This document shows, piece by piece, positions 31,481 through 41,036 of a stretch of 64,000 nucleotides of DNA (position 1 is the stretch's first letter; each line of letters starts with the position of its first letter). Under the pieces are notes generated by a model. The model did no database searches, was not told the origin of the DNA, and saw nothing but the letters and a program-made list of their open reading frames with translations. Where the stretch lies: positions 42,104-106,103 of the forward strand of contig CAWEPI010000004.1 of the NCBI GenBank assembly GCA_963810945.1, written 5' to 3'. The translations under genes and the position numbers were made by a program. This DNA is from an uncultured Actinomycetes bacterium. GTDB taxonomy: Bacteria; Actinomycetota; UBA4738; HRBIN12.

Positions 31481-32455
31481 TCACTCGCGCAGATCCTTCC
31501 CGGTGAGGTTGATGAAGACCGTCTCGAGCGTGGGCTCCTCGATCGAGACGTCGTGCACGGTGAAGCCGCCCGCCTCGGCCGCGCCGATCACGCGCGGGAG
31601 GAGCCCGTGGGCCCCGCGCGCGGTCACGATCACCGTCTCGCCGACGACGGTCGTGCCCGTGACCTCGTCGAGGTCGTGGAGGTGCGCGGCCAGGCGGTCC
31701 GGCTCGCCGCCCGCCTGGATCTTGACCACCACGTCGCCGCCCACCGTGCGCTTGAGGGCCGCGGGCGTGTCGAGCGCCAGCAGCTTCCCGTGGTCGATCA
31801 CCGCGAGGCGCTGGCAGAGTTGGTCGGCCTCCTCCATGTAGTGCGTGGTGAGCACCACCGTCTGGCCGTCGGCGTGGATCTGACCCAGGATCTCCCAGAG
31901 CGCGATGCGGCTCTGCGGGTCCAGGCCGGAGGTCGGCTCGTCCAGGAAGAGGATCCGTGGGCGATGCACGATGCTGCGCGCCACCATCAGCCGCTGCGCC
32001 ATGCCGCCGGACAGCGTCTGGACGTCGGCCGTGGCTCGATCGGCGAGCCGGAAGACGTCGAGCAGGTCGTCGGCCGCGCGCCGTGCCGTGCGCGGACCCA
32101 TCCCGAAGTAGCGGCCGTGGAAATAGAGGTTCTCCCACACGGTGAGGCTGCGGTCGAGGGTGTTGGACTGGGAGACCACGCCGATGATGCCCTTGGCTTC
32201 GGAGGGGTGCGCCACGACGTCGACGCCGGCCAGGGTCGCCGTGCCCGAGGTGGGGATCACGCGGGTGGTGAGCATCCCTACCGTGGTGGTCTTCCCCGCG
32301 CCGTTCGGCCCCAGGAGCCCGAATACCTCGCCCTCGGTCACCTCGAGGTCGAGGTCGTCGACCGCCTTCACGCCGGTCGGGTAGACCTTGGTGAGCGCCC
32401 GCGTGCGGATCACCACGCCGTCGTCGCCTGTGCGTGCTTCGATCGCCGTGCTCAT
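31481..32455 (-). CDS. ABC transporter ATP-binding protein
   Basis: Walker A GPNGAGKTT, signature LSGGMAQR and Walker B ILFLDEPTSGLD. Confidence 0.85.
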   Translation of the reverse strand: MSTAIEARTGDDGVVIRTRALTKVYPTGVKAVDDLDLEVTEGEVFGLLGPNGAGKTTTVGMLTTRVIPTSGTATLAGVDVVAHPSEAKGIIGVVSQSNTLDRSLTVWENLYFHGRYFGMGPRTARRAADDLLDVFRLADRATADVQTLSGGMAQRLMVARSIVHRPRILFLDEPTSGLDPQSRIALWEILGQIHADGQTVVLTTHYMEEADQLCQRLAVIDHGKLLALDTPAALKRTVGGDVVVKIQAGGEPDRLAAHLHDLDEVTGTTVVGETVIVTARGAHGLLPRVIGAAEAGGFTVHDVSIEEPTLETVFINLTGKDLRE

Positions 32456-32850
32456 ACGAAGGGTCGCTCCTGGCCGGCGTAACCGATGCCCGTGAGCAGG
32501 CCGGCGGCGAACGCCCCGTTCACCGCGCCCAGCAGCCACCAGGCGCCGGCGGGCTCACCGGGGGGCAGGCCGAACATCGCGTGGAGGAGGCAGATCGTCG
32601 CGGTCCCCGCCTCCAGCACCGCGAAGGCCCAGCTCCACCACCAGACCTCCTCGAGTCGCTGCTGGACGAGCACCATGAGCAGGGCGAGCACCAGGCTCAT
32701 CACCCCCGCGATCCGGAGCCAGGCGACGTCGCCGAGCGCAGGCTGACGCAGGAGCGACTCGAGGGTCCATCCGGGCGCCAGCAGGAGCGACACGCCGGTC
32801 GCCGCCCAGAGGGCGGCCTGCACCTTCAGGAGACGTTGCAGAAGCTTCAC
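32452..32850 (-). CDS. hypothetical small integral membrane protein (first gene of the ABC operon)
   Basis: 133 aa with 4 predicted TM helices. Its stop overlaps the ATPase start (ATGA). GTG start. Confidence 0.45.
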   Translation of the reverse strand: MKLLQRLLKVQAALWAATGVSLLLAPGWTLESLLRQPALGDVAWLRIAGVMSLVLALLMVLVQQRLEEVWWWSWAFAVLEAGTATICLLHAMFGLPPGEPAGAWWLLGAVNGAFAAGLLTGIGYAGQERPFV

Positions 32851-32989
32851 GGACGACCATCTTCCCAGCTTGGTCGGGGTTCGGACGGGGTTGGTAGGAT
32901 ACGCGCACCGCGGAAGCACCCCCTCGCGGCAGCACGCGTGGCCCCCGCATCCGACGGCAAGCACCTCGTTCTCCGGAAGGACCTCAGGC

Positions 32990-34387
32990 ATGCAGCAAGG
33001 ACCCAGGGTGGCCGTGATCGGGATCGACTGCGGCGCGCCGCAGCTCCTGTTCCACGACCTGGCCGACGAAGTCCCCAACCTCCGCAAGATCTTCGCCAAC
33101 GGGATGTACGGCGAGCTCGCCAGCATCACGCCCCCCATCACGGTCCCCGCGTGGGCGTGCGCCATGACCGGCAAGACGCCGGGGCAGCTCGGGATCTACG
33201 GCTTCCGCAACCGCAAGGACACGACCTACGACGGCCTCACCGTCGCGACCTCGCTGTCCGTGAAGGAGCCCACCGTCTGGGACAAGCTCGGCGAGGCGGG
33301 CAAGCGCTCGCTGTTGATCGGCGTGCCGCCGGGCTTCCCGCCGCCCAAGGAGTTCCCGGGCTGGCGCGTGGCCTGCTTCCTCACGCCGCCGAGCGCGGAG
33401 CGCTACGCGTTCCCCGCCGAGCTCGAGACGGAGATCGAGGAGGAGCTGGGCGAGAACGAGTACATCTTCGACATCCCCAACTTCCGCCAGCAGGGCCCGG
33501 ACTTCGTGATGGACCAGATCTTCAAGATGACCGAGCGGCGCTTCCAGGTCGCGCGTCGCCTCGTGAAGACCAAGCCCTGGGACTACTTCATGATGGTCGA
33601 GATGGGCCTCGACCGGCTCCACCACTGCTTCTGGCAGTACTACGACCCGACGCACCCCCTCTACCAGCCGGGCAACAGATACGAGACGGCGTTCCACGAC
33701 TACTACCGCTTCCTCGACACGCAGGTGGGATCGCTGCTCGAGGTCCTGCCCGAGGACGTCGTCACGATCGCGATGAGCGACCACGGCGCGCGTCCCATGA
33801 TGGGCGGCCTCTGCTTCAACGACTGGCTCATGGACGAGGGCTACCTCGTGATGAAGGAGCCCCTCAAGGAGGTCACACCGATCGCGCAGGCGCCGATCGA
33901 CTGGAGCCGCACGACGGCGTGGGGAGACGGCGGCTACTACGGCCGGCTCTTCCTGAACATCAAGGGCCGCGAACCGGGCGGCATCGTGGAGCCCGCCGAG
34001 TACGAAACGATCCGCAACGAGATGATCGCGAAGCTCGAAGCGCTGCCGGGGCCGGACGGCCGACCGATGGGCACGAAGGTGCACAAGCCACAGGACGTCT
34101 ACCCGGAGGTCCGCGGCGTCGCCCCCGACCTCATCGTCTACTTCGGCGACCTCGACTGGCGCTCGGTGGGGGCCGTCGGCAACGAGAGCATCTACACCTA
34201 CGAGAACGACACGGGCACCGACGGCGCCAACCACGACCGGTGGGCGTTCTTCTCCATGATGAACCTGCCCGGTCAGCCGATGGGCAAGGTCGACGGCATG
34301 AGCCTCGTCGACGTCGGCCCGTCCATCCTGTCCCTCTACGACATCGAGGCGCCCGCGGGCGCCGTCGGAAGGAGCTTCCTGCAGTGA
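32990..34387 (+). CDS. alkaline-phosphatase superfamily protein (type I phosphodiesterase / nucleotide pyrophosphatase-like)
   Basis: RBS GGAAGG upstream. An N-terminal metal-site region VIGIDCGAP is followed by a TGK-containing stretch and AMSDHG, resembling PF01663-type enzymes. Confidence 0.7.
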   Translation: MQQGPRVAVIGIDCGAPQLLFHDLADEVPNLRKIFANGMYGELASITPPITVPAWACAMTGKTPGQLGIYGFRNRKDTTYDGLTVATSLSVKEPTVWDKLGEAGKRSLLIGVPPGFPPPKEFPGWRVACFLTPPSAERYAFPAELETEIEEELGENEYIFDIPNFRQQGPDFVMDQIFKMTERRFQVARRLVKTKPWDYFMMVEMGLDRLHHCFWQYYDPTHPLYQPGNRYETAFHDYYRFLDTQVGSLLEVLPEDVVTIAMSDHGARPMMGGLCFNDWLMDEGYLVMKEPLKEVTPIAQAPIDWSRTTAWGDGGYYGRLFLNIKGREPGGIVEPAEYETIRNEMIAKLEALPGPDGRPMGTKVHKPQDVYPEVRGVAPDLIVYFGDLDWRSVGAVGNESIYTYENDTGTDGANHDRWAFFSMMNLPGQPMGKVDGMSLVDVGPSILSLYDIEAPAGAVGRSFLQ

Positions 34388-35010
34388 GCGATCAGAAGGG
34401 CTTCACCGTCTGGTTCACGGGCCTCTCGGGCGCCGGCAAGTCCACCATCGCGGAGATGCTGTACCACGAGTTCCAGGACCGCGGACTGAAGACCGAGATC
34501 CTCGACGGTGACGAGGTGCGCAAGAACCTCTCCAAGGGCCTCGGCTTCTCCAAGGAGGACCGCGACACGAACATCATGCGGATCGGCTTCGTGGCCAACC
34601 TGCTCACGCGCAACGGCGTGGCCACGATCTGCTGCCCGATCTCGCCCTACAAGGAGACCCGCGACGCCTGCCGCGCGCTGATCGGGGAGTTCGTGGAGGT
34701 CTACGTCTACGCCACGGTCGAGGAGATCGCGAGCCACCGCGATCCCAAGGGTCTCTACAAGAAGGCCCTCGCCGGGGAGATCACCGGGTTCACCGGCGTG
34801 GACGACCCGTACGAGGCCCCGGAGCATCCCGAGCTCGTGGTGGACACCGAGGCCCAGACGCCGGAGGAGTCGCTCCAGTCCGTGCTCGACCGCCTGACGG
34901 AGCTCGGCTACCTCGAGGAGGCCTCGATCCACGTGAGCGGCGACCGGGTGCACTCGGGCCTCACGGATCTGCGCGTCGCCGAGACGGGGCACGTGATCAA
35001 GGAGCACTGA
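34384..35010 (+). CDS. cysC: adenylyl-sulfate kinase (APS kinase)
   Basis: GTGA overlap with the upstream gene. P-loop GLSGAGKST. LDGDEVR and the Mg-binding loop are present. Confidence 0.85.
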   Translation: MSDQKGFTVWFTGLSGAGKSTIAEMLYHEFQDRGLKTEILDGDEVRKNLSKGLGFSKEDRDTNIMRIGFVANLLTRNGVATICCPISPYKETRDACRALIGEFVEVYVYATVEEIASHRDPKGLYKKALAGEITGFTGVDDPYEAPEHPELVVDTEAQTPEESLQSVLDRLTELGYLEEASIHVSGDRVHSGLTDLRVAETGHVIKEH

Positions 35011-35026
35011 CGCCTGCGGACGCGGC

Positions 35027-36754
35027 GTGCGCCATGATGGCGCCGTGTCCACCGCACCCCACGACGGCGCGACTGAGGGCGCCCTCATCCGCTGGCTCCC
35101 GGGTATCCGGCTGCTGCGCACCTACGACCGGAGCTGGCTCCGCGCGGACTCACTCGTGTCCTTGACCGTCTGGGCCCTGGTGATCCCGCAGGGCCTCGCC
35201 TACGCGCAGCTCGCGGGCATGCCGGCGGTCACCGGCCTGTACGTGGGCATGCTCGCGATGATCGGCTACGGCCTCTTCGGGACGAGCCGCTACCTGAGCA
35301 TGGGCCCCGAATCCTCCACGGCCATCATGGTGGCGTCCTCCCTCGCGCCGCTTGCCGCCGTCGGCTCCGCCCGGTACTTCGCGCTCGCCTCCACGCTGGC
35401 GCTCCTCGTCGGCGCGGTCTTCATCGCGGGTTCGTTGCTGCGCCTCGGTGCGCTCACGCGGCTGCTCTCGTTCCCGATCCTCACCGGCTACCTCGCGGGG
35501 TCCGCGATCGTGATGTCGCTCAACCAGCTGTCGCGCGTGTTCGGGTTCGACGTCGACAGGTCGCTCTATCCGCACGTGATCGGTGGCATCGTGGCCAACA
35601 TCGATCAGACGAACGTCTGGGCGCTGGGTATGGCGCTGGGCACGATGGCCGTGATGCTGCTCGTGCGCCTGATATCGGACCGCTTGCCCGCGGGGTTCAT
35701 CGCCCTCGCGCTCGCGACGATCGTGACGTCGGCAGCGGGCCTCGACCAGAAGCTGCTGGTGCTGGGCAGCATCCCCCGTGGGCTCCCGAGCTTCGCGCTC
35801 CCGGACCTGCGGATACGCACGATGCTCCAGCTCCTGCTTCCGGCGGCGAGCGTCGCGCTCCTCGCCTTCTGCTCGAGCATGCTCACCGCCCAGTCGCTCG
35901 CGGCGCGCGACGGCGAGGACATCGACGCGAACCGGGACTTCATCGGGCTCGCTGCGGGCAACGTCGCCGTGGCGTTCTTCGGGGGGTTCCCGGCGAACGG
36001 GAGCGACTCCAGGAGCTTCACGGCGGCGAAGGGTGGAGGACGATCGCAGCTCGTGAGCTTCCTCACCGCCGCGATGGTCGGGCTCACGTTGCTGTTCCTC
36101 ACGCCCGCGTTCCGAGAGGTCCCCCACGCAGCGCTCGGAGGCGTCGTCCTCGTGACGGCTGCGGGGCTGTTCAACGTCAAGGCCATGCGGCGGCTCTGGC
36201 GGGTGCGCCGGACGGACTTCATCCTGATGACCGTGACCTTCGGGGGCGTGATCGTGTTCGGTGTGCTCGCGGGGGTCCTCGTCGGGGTCCTCGCGTCGCT
36301 GGTGGAGATGGTGCGACGCACGATCCAGCCGAAGACCGCCGTGCTCGGCATGGTGGCGGGCACGCCCACCTGGCGGGACGTCAAGCACGAGGGAGGCGAG
36401 ACGGTGCCGGGGATCGTCGTCTACCGCTTCGACGCGCCGCTCTTCTTCGGCAACGCCGACGTGCTGCGCCATGAGATCCGCGAGTTGGTGGCCGCCGAGG
36501 ATCCCCCCCCGCGCGAGGTCGTGATCAACGCCGAGGCCATCACGGATCTCGACACGACGGGGGTGGATGTGCTCGACCGACTCCGGGAGGACCTGGAGGC
36601 GACCGGCACGCGCCTCGCGTTCGCGCGTATCCGCAATCCCGTCCTCCGCATGATGGAGCGGACGGGATTCGCCGACCGCCTCGGCGAGGACAACATCTTC
36701 CTCACGGTGGACGCAGCGGTGACGGAGCTCTCCGGCCGTCTCCCGGAGGCCTAG
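35027..36754 (+). CDS. SulP-family anion (sulfate) transporter with a C-terminal STAS domain
   Basis: 575 aa, multi-pass membrane core, and a C-terminal STAS domain (VVYRFDAPLFFGNA). Confidence 0.85.
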   Translation: MRHDGAVSTAPHDGATEGALIRWLPGIRLLRTYDRSWLRADSLVSLTVWALVIPQGLAYAQLAGMPAVTGLYVGMLAMIGYGLFGTSRYLSMGPESSTAIMVASSLAPLAAVGSARYFALASTLALLVGAVFIAGSLLRLGALTRLLSFPILTGYLAGSAIVMSLNQLSRVFGFDVDRSLYPHVIGGIVANIDQTNVWALGMALGTMAVMLLVRLISDRLPAGFIALALATIVTSAAGLDQKLLVLGSIPRGLPSFALPDLRIRTMLQLLLPAASVALLAFCSSMLTAQSLAARDGEDIDANRDFIGLAAGNVAVAFFGGFPANGSDSRSFTAAKGGGRSQLVSFLTAAMVGLTLLFLTPAFREVPHAALGGVVLVTAAGLFNVKAMRRLWRVRRTDFILMTVTFGGVIVFGVLAGVLVGVLASLVEMVRRTIQPKTAVLGMVAGTPTWRDVKHEGGETVPGIVVYRFDAPLFFGNADVLRHEIRELVAAEDPPPREVVINAEAITDLDTTGVDVLDRLREDLEATGTRLAFARIRNPVLRMMERTGFADRLGEDNIFLTVDAAVTELSGRLPEA

Positions 36755-36769
36755 CCTCGCACGCTCGGC

Positions 36770-37738
36770 TCAGGCGTCGGCGGTCTCGGCCGGGATCGAG
36801 CCCATGCGGCCGGCATGGTAATCCTCGATGGCCTCGATGATCTCGGCCTTGGTGTTCATCACGAATGGCCCGTACCACGCGATCGGCTCTCCGATCGGAC
36901 GCCCGCCGAGCAGCAGGATCTCGAGGTTGGGGGTGGCCGCGTCCTGTCGCTCGTCCGCGCGCAGCTCCAGCCAGTCACCGTCGCCGTGGACCCCGAGCTG
37001 CCCCTCGCCGATGGGGGCGGGCTCCTGCTCCGGCCCGAGGCTCCCGCGGCCCGCGAGCACGTAGACGAGCGCGTTGAAGTCGCTCCGCCACGGCACCCGC
37101 AGGTGGGCGCCCGGGGAGAGCGTGACGTGCGCGTACGTGATCGGCGTCCGCGTGCTGCCCGGCCCCTCCTGTCCGTCGATCGCGCCTGCGATCACACGGA
37201 CGACCGCGCCGCCGTCGGGCGAGCTGAGCAGCGCCACGTTCTGCGAGCCGATGTCCTGGTAGCGCGCCGGGCTCCACTTCTGCTCGGCGGGGAGGTTGAC
37301 CCAGAGCTGCACGCCGTGGAAGAGCCCGCCCTTGACCACCAGGTCCTCCGTGGGGAGCTCGCTGTGCACGATGCCGGCGCCCGCCGTCATCCACTGCGTG
37401 GCGCCGTCCGTGATCACGCCGCCGCCCCCGTTGGAGTCGCGGTGCTTGATCTTGCCGTCCAGCATGTACGTGACGGTCTCGAACCCGCGGTGGGGGTGGT
37501 CGGAGGCGCCCTTGGCCTCGCCCGGCGCGTATTCGACGGCGCCAAGATGGTCGAGCATCAGGAACGGATCGGCGTGGCGCAGGTCGATCCCCGCGAACGC
37601 GCGCCGCACCTGGAAGCCATCGCCCTCGAGGAACCGGGGCGCGTCGACGACGCCCACCACCGGGCGGGGGAGGGTGCCCGGCGCGGGCGTCGACAGACGC
37701 GGGAGGGTGAGCGGATCGCTCGGAGTCACGGCAGGCAT
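36770..37738 (-). CDS. pirin-family bicupin protein
   Basis: HPHRGFETVTYML cupin metal-binding motif and a second cupin domain. Confidence 0.8.
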   Translation of the reverse strand: MPAVTPSDPLTLPRLSTPAPGTLPRPVVGVVDAPRFLEGDGFQVRRAFAGIDLRHADPFLMLDHLGAVEYAPGEAKGASDHPHRGFETVTYMLDGKIKHRDSNGGGGVITDGATQWMTAGAGIVHSELPTEDLVVKGGLFHGVQLWVNLPAEQKWSPARYQDIGSQNVALLSSPDGGAVVRVIAGAIDGQEGPGSTRTPITYAHVTLSPGAHLRVPWRSDFNALVYVLAGRGSLGPEQEPAPIGEGQLGVHGDGDWLELRADERQDAATPNLEILLLGGRPIGEPIAWYGPFVMNTKAEIIEAIEDYHAGRMGSIPAETADA

Positions 37739-37805
37739 GCGGGCGTCAACGCCGCAGCGACCCCCGACTATTCCGCGCAACGGTCGCGCCGGTAGGCTCG
37801 CTCCG

Positions 37806-39280
37806 ATGGAGCACGTCGACGTGGTGGTGGCGGGCGGCGGGACCGCCGGATCGGTGGTTGCCGGGCGGCTCGTCCAGGCCGGCCTTCGCGTCCTCCTGCT
37901 CGAGGCGGGTCCCGACTACGGCGCGTACGCCGGCGGGGGCTGGCCGACCGAGCTCACCGACGCCACGACCATCCCGACCTCGCACGACTGGGGGTATCGG
38001 GCGGGTGAGGAGCTGCCCGGTCGCACCCTCGCCTACGAGCGCGCCCGCGTGATCGGAGGCTGTTCGGCCCACAACGGGTGCACCGTGAGTTGGGGGCATC
38101 GCGCCGACTACGACGGGTGGGCCGCGCGGGGCCTCGAGGGCTGGGGCGCCGGCGACCTGCTCCCCCTCTTCGAGGCGGCCTCGACCCGGATGCGCGTCCG
38201 GCGTTTCGCCGACGCCGAGCTCACCCCGCTCCACCGGGCCTTCATCGACGGTGGTATCGAGCTCGGGTTCCCGCTGCTCGACGACCTCGAGACGCTCGAC
38301 GGCGTGCCGAGCGTCTGTGCCCAGCCCTCGAACAGCCCCGGCGGCGTGCGATGGAACGCGGCGTTCGCCTACCTCGATCCCGTGCGCGGCCGCGGGGAGC
38401 TCGAGGTGCGTGGCGACACGATCGTGGACCGCGTGCTGGTGGAGGGAAGCACGGCGGTGGGCGTGCGCGCGATCGGCCCCAGGGGATCGTTCGACGTCAC
38501 CGCCGATCGCGTGGTGGTCACGGGTGGCGCCTACGGCTCGCCCGCGATCCTCTTGCGCAGCGGGATCGGCCCGGCGGACGAGCTCCGCGCCCTCGGTCTC
38601 TCCGTCCACGCCGATCTGCCCGTCGGCCGGAACCTGCACGATCATCCGAGCTTCGAGCTCGCATACGAGCCCACGGACGAGCTGCGGCGCCGCACGGCCG
38701 GCTTCGCGGCCGAGGGGCACGCCGTGCCCGACGAGCAGTCGTTCGCGAAGGCCGCGTCCGGGCGCGCGCGGGCAGAGGAGCACGGCGTGTTCGATCTCCA
38801 CCTCTTCGCGGAGGTCGCGATGGACGGGCGGCTCGGCATCTTCGTCGCCCTCGTGGCACCTCGTTCACGCGGCGCGCTGACCCTCTCCTCGCTCGACCCC
38901 GAGGCCGCGCCGCACCTCGACCACGGCTACCTGAACGACCCCTCCGACCTCGAGGCCCTGGTGGACGGCGTGGAGCTCGCGCGAGCGCTTCGCCTCGACC
39001 GCGTCGACTGGCGCCGCTCCTCGCGGCCGAGGCGGAGCCCGGCGCATCGGTCGCGACGCGCACGGAGCTCAGCGCGGCCGTGCGCGCCGGCGTGATCCAC
39101 TACTGGCACCCCGTGGGCACGTGCGCGATGGGCGCCGTGACCGATGCGGACGGCGCCGTCCTGGGCGTCGAGGGGCTCCACGTGGCCGACGCCTCGCTGA
39201 TGCCCTCCACGGTCCGGGCCACGACGAACCTCCCCACGGTCGTGGTGGCCGAGCGCGTGGCTGTCGCCCTCGCCACGTAG
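37806..39280 (+). pseudogene. GMC-family FAD-dependent oxidoreductase (choline dehydrogenase-like) with one frameshift
   Basis: VVAGGGTAGSVVAGRL FAD motif at the N-terminus. The C-terminal GMC signature HPVGTCAMG lies in the -1 frame from about 39000 (ORF 38078..39280). Confidence 0.7.
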
Positions 39281-39318
39281 GCTCGCCGCAACACGCGTCC
39301 CCGATGGGAGGGAACCCG

Positions 39319-39750
39319 ATGGCGATCCCCGCACGCATCAACATCGTGACCTTGGGCGTCGACGACCTCGACCGCTCGATCGCGTTCTACGAAGCGCTCG
39401 GCTGGGAGCGCGCGTCCTCGTCGATCGAGGGCGTGATCTGTTGGTTCCGCACGGGTGGCTCCTGGCTGGGGCTCTTCGGCCGCGCCGACCTCGCCGAGGA
39501 CGCCGGCGTCCCGGAGACCCCGGATCGCGGCTTCAGCGGCGTCACGCTGGCCATCAACCTCGAGCGGGACGAGGACGTCCAGCCCGCGCTGGACCAGGCC
39601 GCGGCTGCCGGCGGGACCGTCGTCAAGCCCGCCACCGCCGCCGTGTTCGGGTCATCGGGGTACTTCGCGGACCCCGACGGGCATCTCTGGGAGGTCGCCT
39701 ACAACCCGGGGTTCCCGCTCGACGCGGAGGGACGGATCGCGATCGCGTAG
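39319..39750 (+). CDS. VOC (glyoxalase-like) family protein
   Basis: RBS GGGAGG upstream. INIVTLGVDDLDRSIAFY is a glyoxalase-fold N-terminus. Confidence 0.65.
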   Translation: MAIPARINIVTLGVDDLDRSIAFYEALGWERASSSIEGVICWFRTGGSWLGLFGRADLAEDAGVPETPDRGFSGVTLAINLERDEDVQPALDQAAAAGGTVVKPATAAVFGSSGYFADPDGHLWEVAYNPGFPLDAEGRIAIA

Positions 39751-39872
39751 CCGACCGGGGACCCGGGAAGCGGCATCGGATGCCGGTGGTACGCTTCATC
39801 CATGTAAGGAGTCGACGCCCATCGGGGATCCGGTGGGCGTCTCGCGTTTCCGGGCACGGCATGGGGGAGCGG

Positions 39873-41033
39873 ATGGAATTCGAGATCGGGATCGGCAAGA
39901 CGGCACGGCGGGCCTACGGGTTCGACGAGGTCGCCATCGTGCCCTCGAGGCGCACGCGCGACCCGGAGGACGTGAGCATCGAGTGGGAGATCGACGCCTA
40001 CACGTTCGCGCTGCCCATGATGGCGAGCGCGATGGACGCCGCGGTCTCGCCCGCCACCGCGGTCACGATCGGGCAGCTGGGCGGGCTCGCCTGCCTCAAC
40101 CTCGAGGGCCTGTGGACCCGGTACGAGGACCCGGAGCCGGTCTACCAGGAGATCGCGGAGCTCCCCGACGAGAAGGCCACCCGCCGCATGCAGGAGCTCT
40201 ACATGGAGCCCGTGAAGGAGGAGCTGATCGGTCGGCGCATCGAGGAGATCAAGGCCGGCGGCGTGGTGAGCTGCGCCTCCCTCACACCGCAGCGCGTGGA
40301 GCGCTACGCCAAGCTCGTCCTGGACGCGGGGCTCGACGTCCTGGTGATCCAGGGGACGGTCGTCTCCGGTGAGCACGTCTCGAGCCAGCACGAACCCCTC
40401 AACCTGAAGGAGTTCATCCCCGCATTCGACATCCCGGTGATCGTGGGCGGGTGCGCCTCCTACGCGACCGCCCTGCACCTGATGCGCACCGGCGCGGTCG
40501 GGGTGCTGGTGGGGGTCGGCCCCGGGAACGCGTGCACCACGCGGGGTGTGCTGGGCGTCGGCGTGCCGCAGGCGACGGCCATCGCCGACGCCGCGGCCGC
40601 GCGTCGCGAGCACCTGCACGAGACCGGCCGCTACTGCCACGTGATCGCGGACGGCGGCATGCGCACGGGCGGGGACATCGCGAAGGCCATCGCGTGCGGG
40701 GCCGACGCGGTGATGATCGGATCGCCGATGACCCGCGCTTACGAGGCGCCGGGCCGCGGCTACCACTGGGGGATGGCCACGTTCCATCCCTCGCTGCCGC
40801 GCGGCGCGCGGGTCAAGACGCAGCAGGTCGCCTCGATCGAGGAGATCCTGAAGGGCCCGGCCCACGAGAACGACGGCACGTTCAACCTCTTCGGGGCGCT
40901 CGCCACGTCGATGGCCACCACGGGCTACGCCAGCATCAAGGAGTTCCAGAAGGCGGAGCTCGTCATCGCGCCGTCCATCAAGACGGAGGGCAAGACCTAC
41001 CAGACACAGCAGCGCGTCGGGATGGGGCACTAG
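39873..41033 (+). CDS. guaB3: GuaB3-type IMP dehydrogenase family protein (IMPDH/GMP-reductase fold without CBS domains)
   Basis: 386 aa TIM barrel with GGCASYATALHL...GVGPG and IADGG motifs. Immediately upstream of guaA, as in actinobacteria. Confidence 0.8.
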   Translation: MEFEIGIGKTARRAYGFDEVAIVPSRRTRDPEDVSIEWEIDAYTFALPMMASAMDAAVSPATAVTIGQLGGLACLNLEGLWTRYEDPEPVYQEIAELPDEKATRRMQELYMEPVKEELIGRRIEEIKAGGVVSCASLTPQRVERYAKLVLDAGLDVLVIQGTVVSGEHVSSQHEPLNLKEFIPAFDIPVIVGGCASYATALHLMRTGAVGVLVGVGPGNACTTRGVLGVGVPQATAIADAAAARREHLHETGRYCHVIADGGMRTGGDIAKAIACGADAVMIGSPMTRAYEAPGRGYHWGMATFHPSLPRGARVKTQQVASIEEILKGPAHENDGTFNLFGALATSMATTGYASIKEFQKAELVIAPSIKTEGKTYQTQQRVGMGH

Positions 41034-41036
41034 ACC

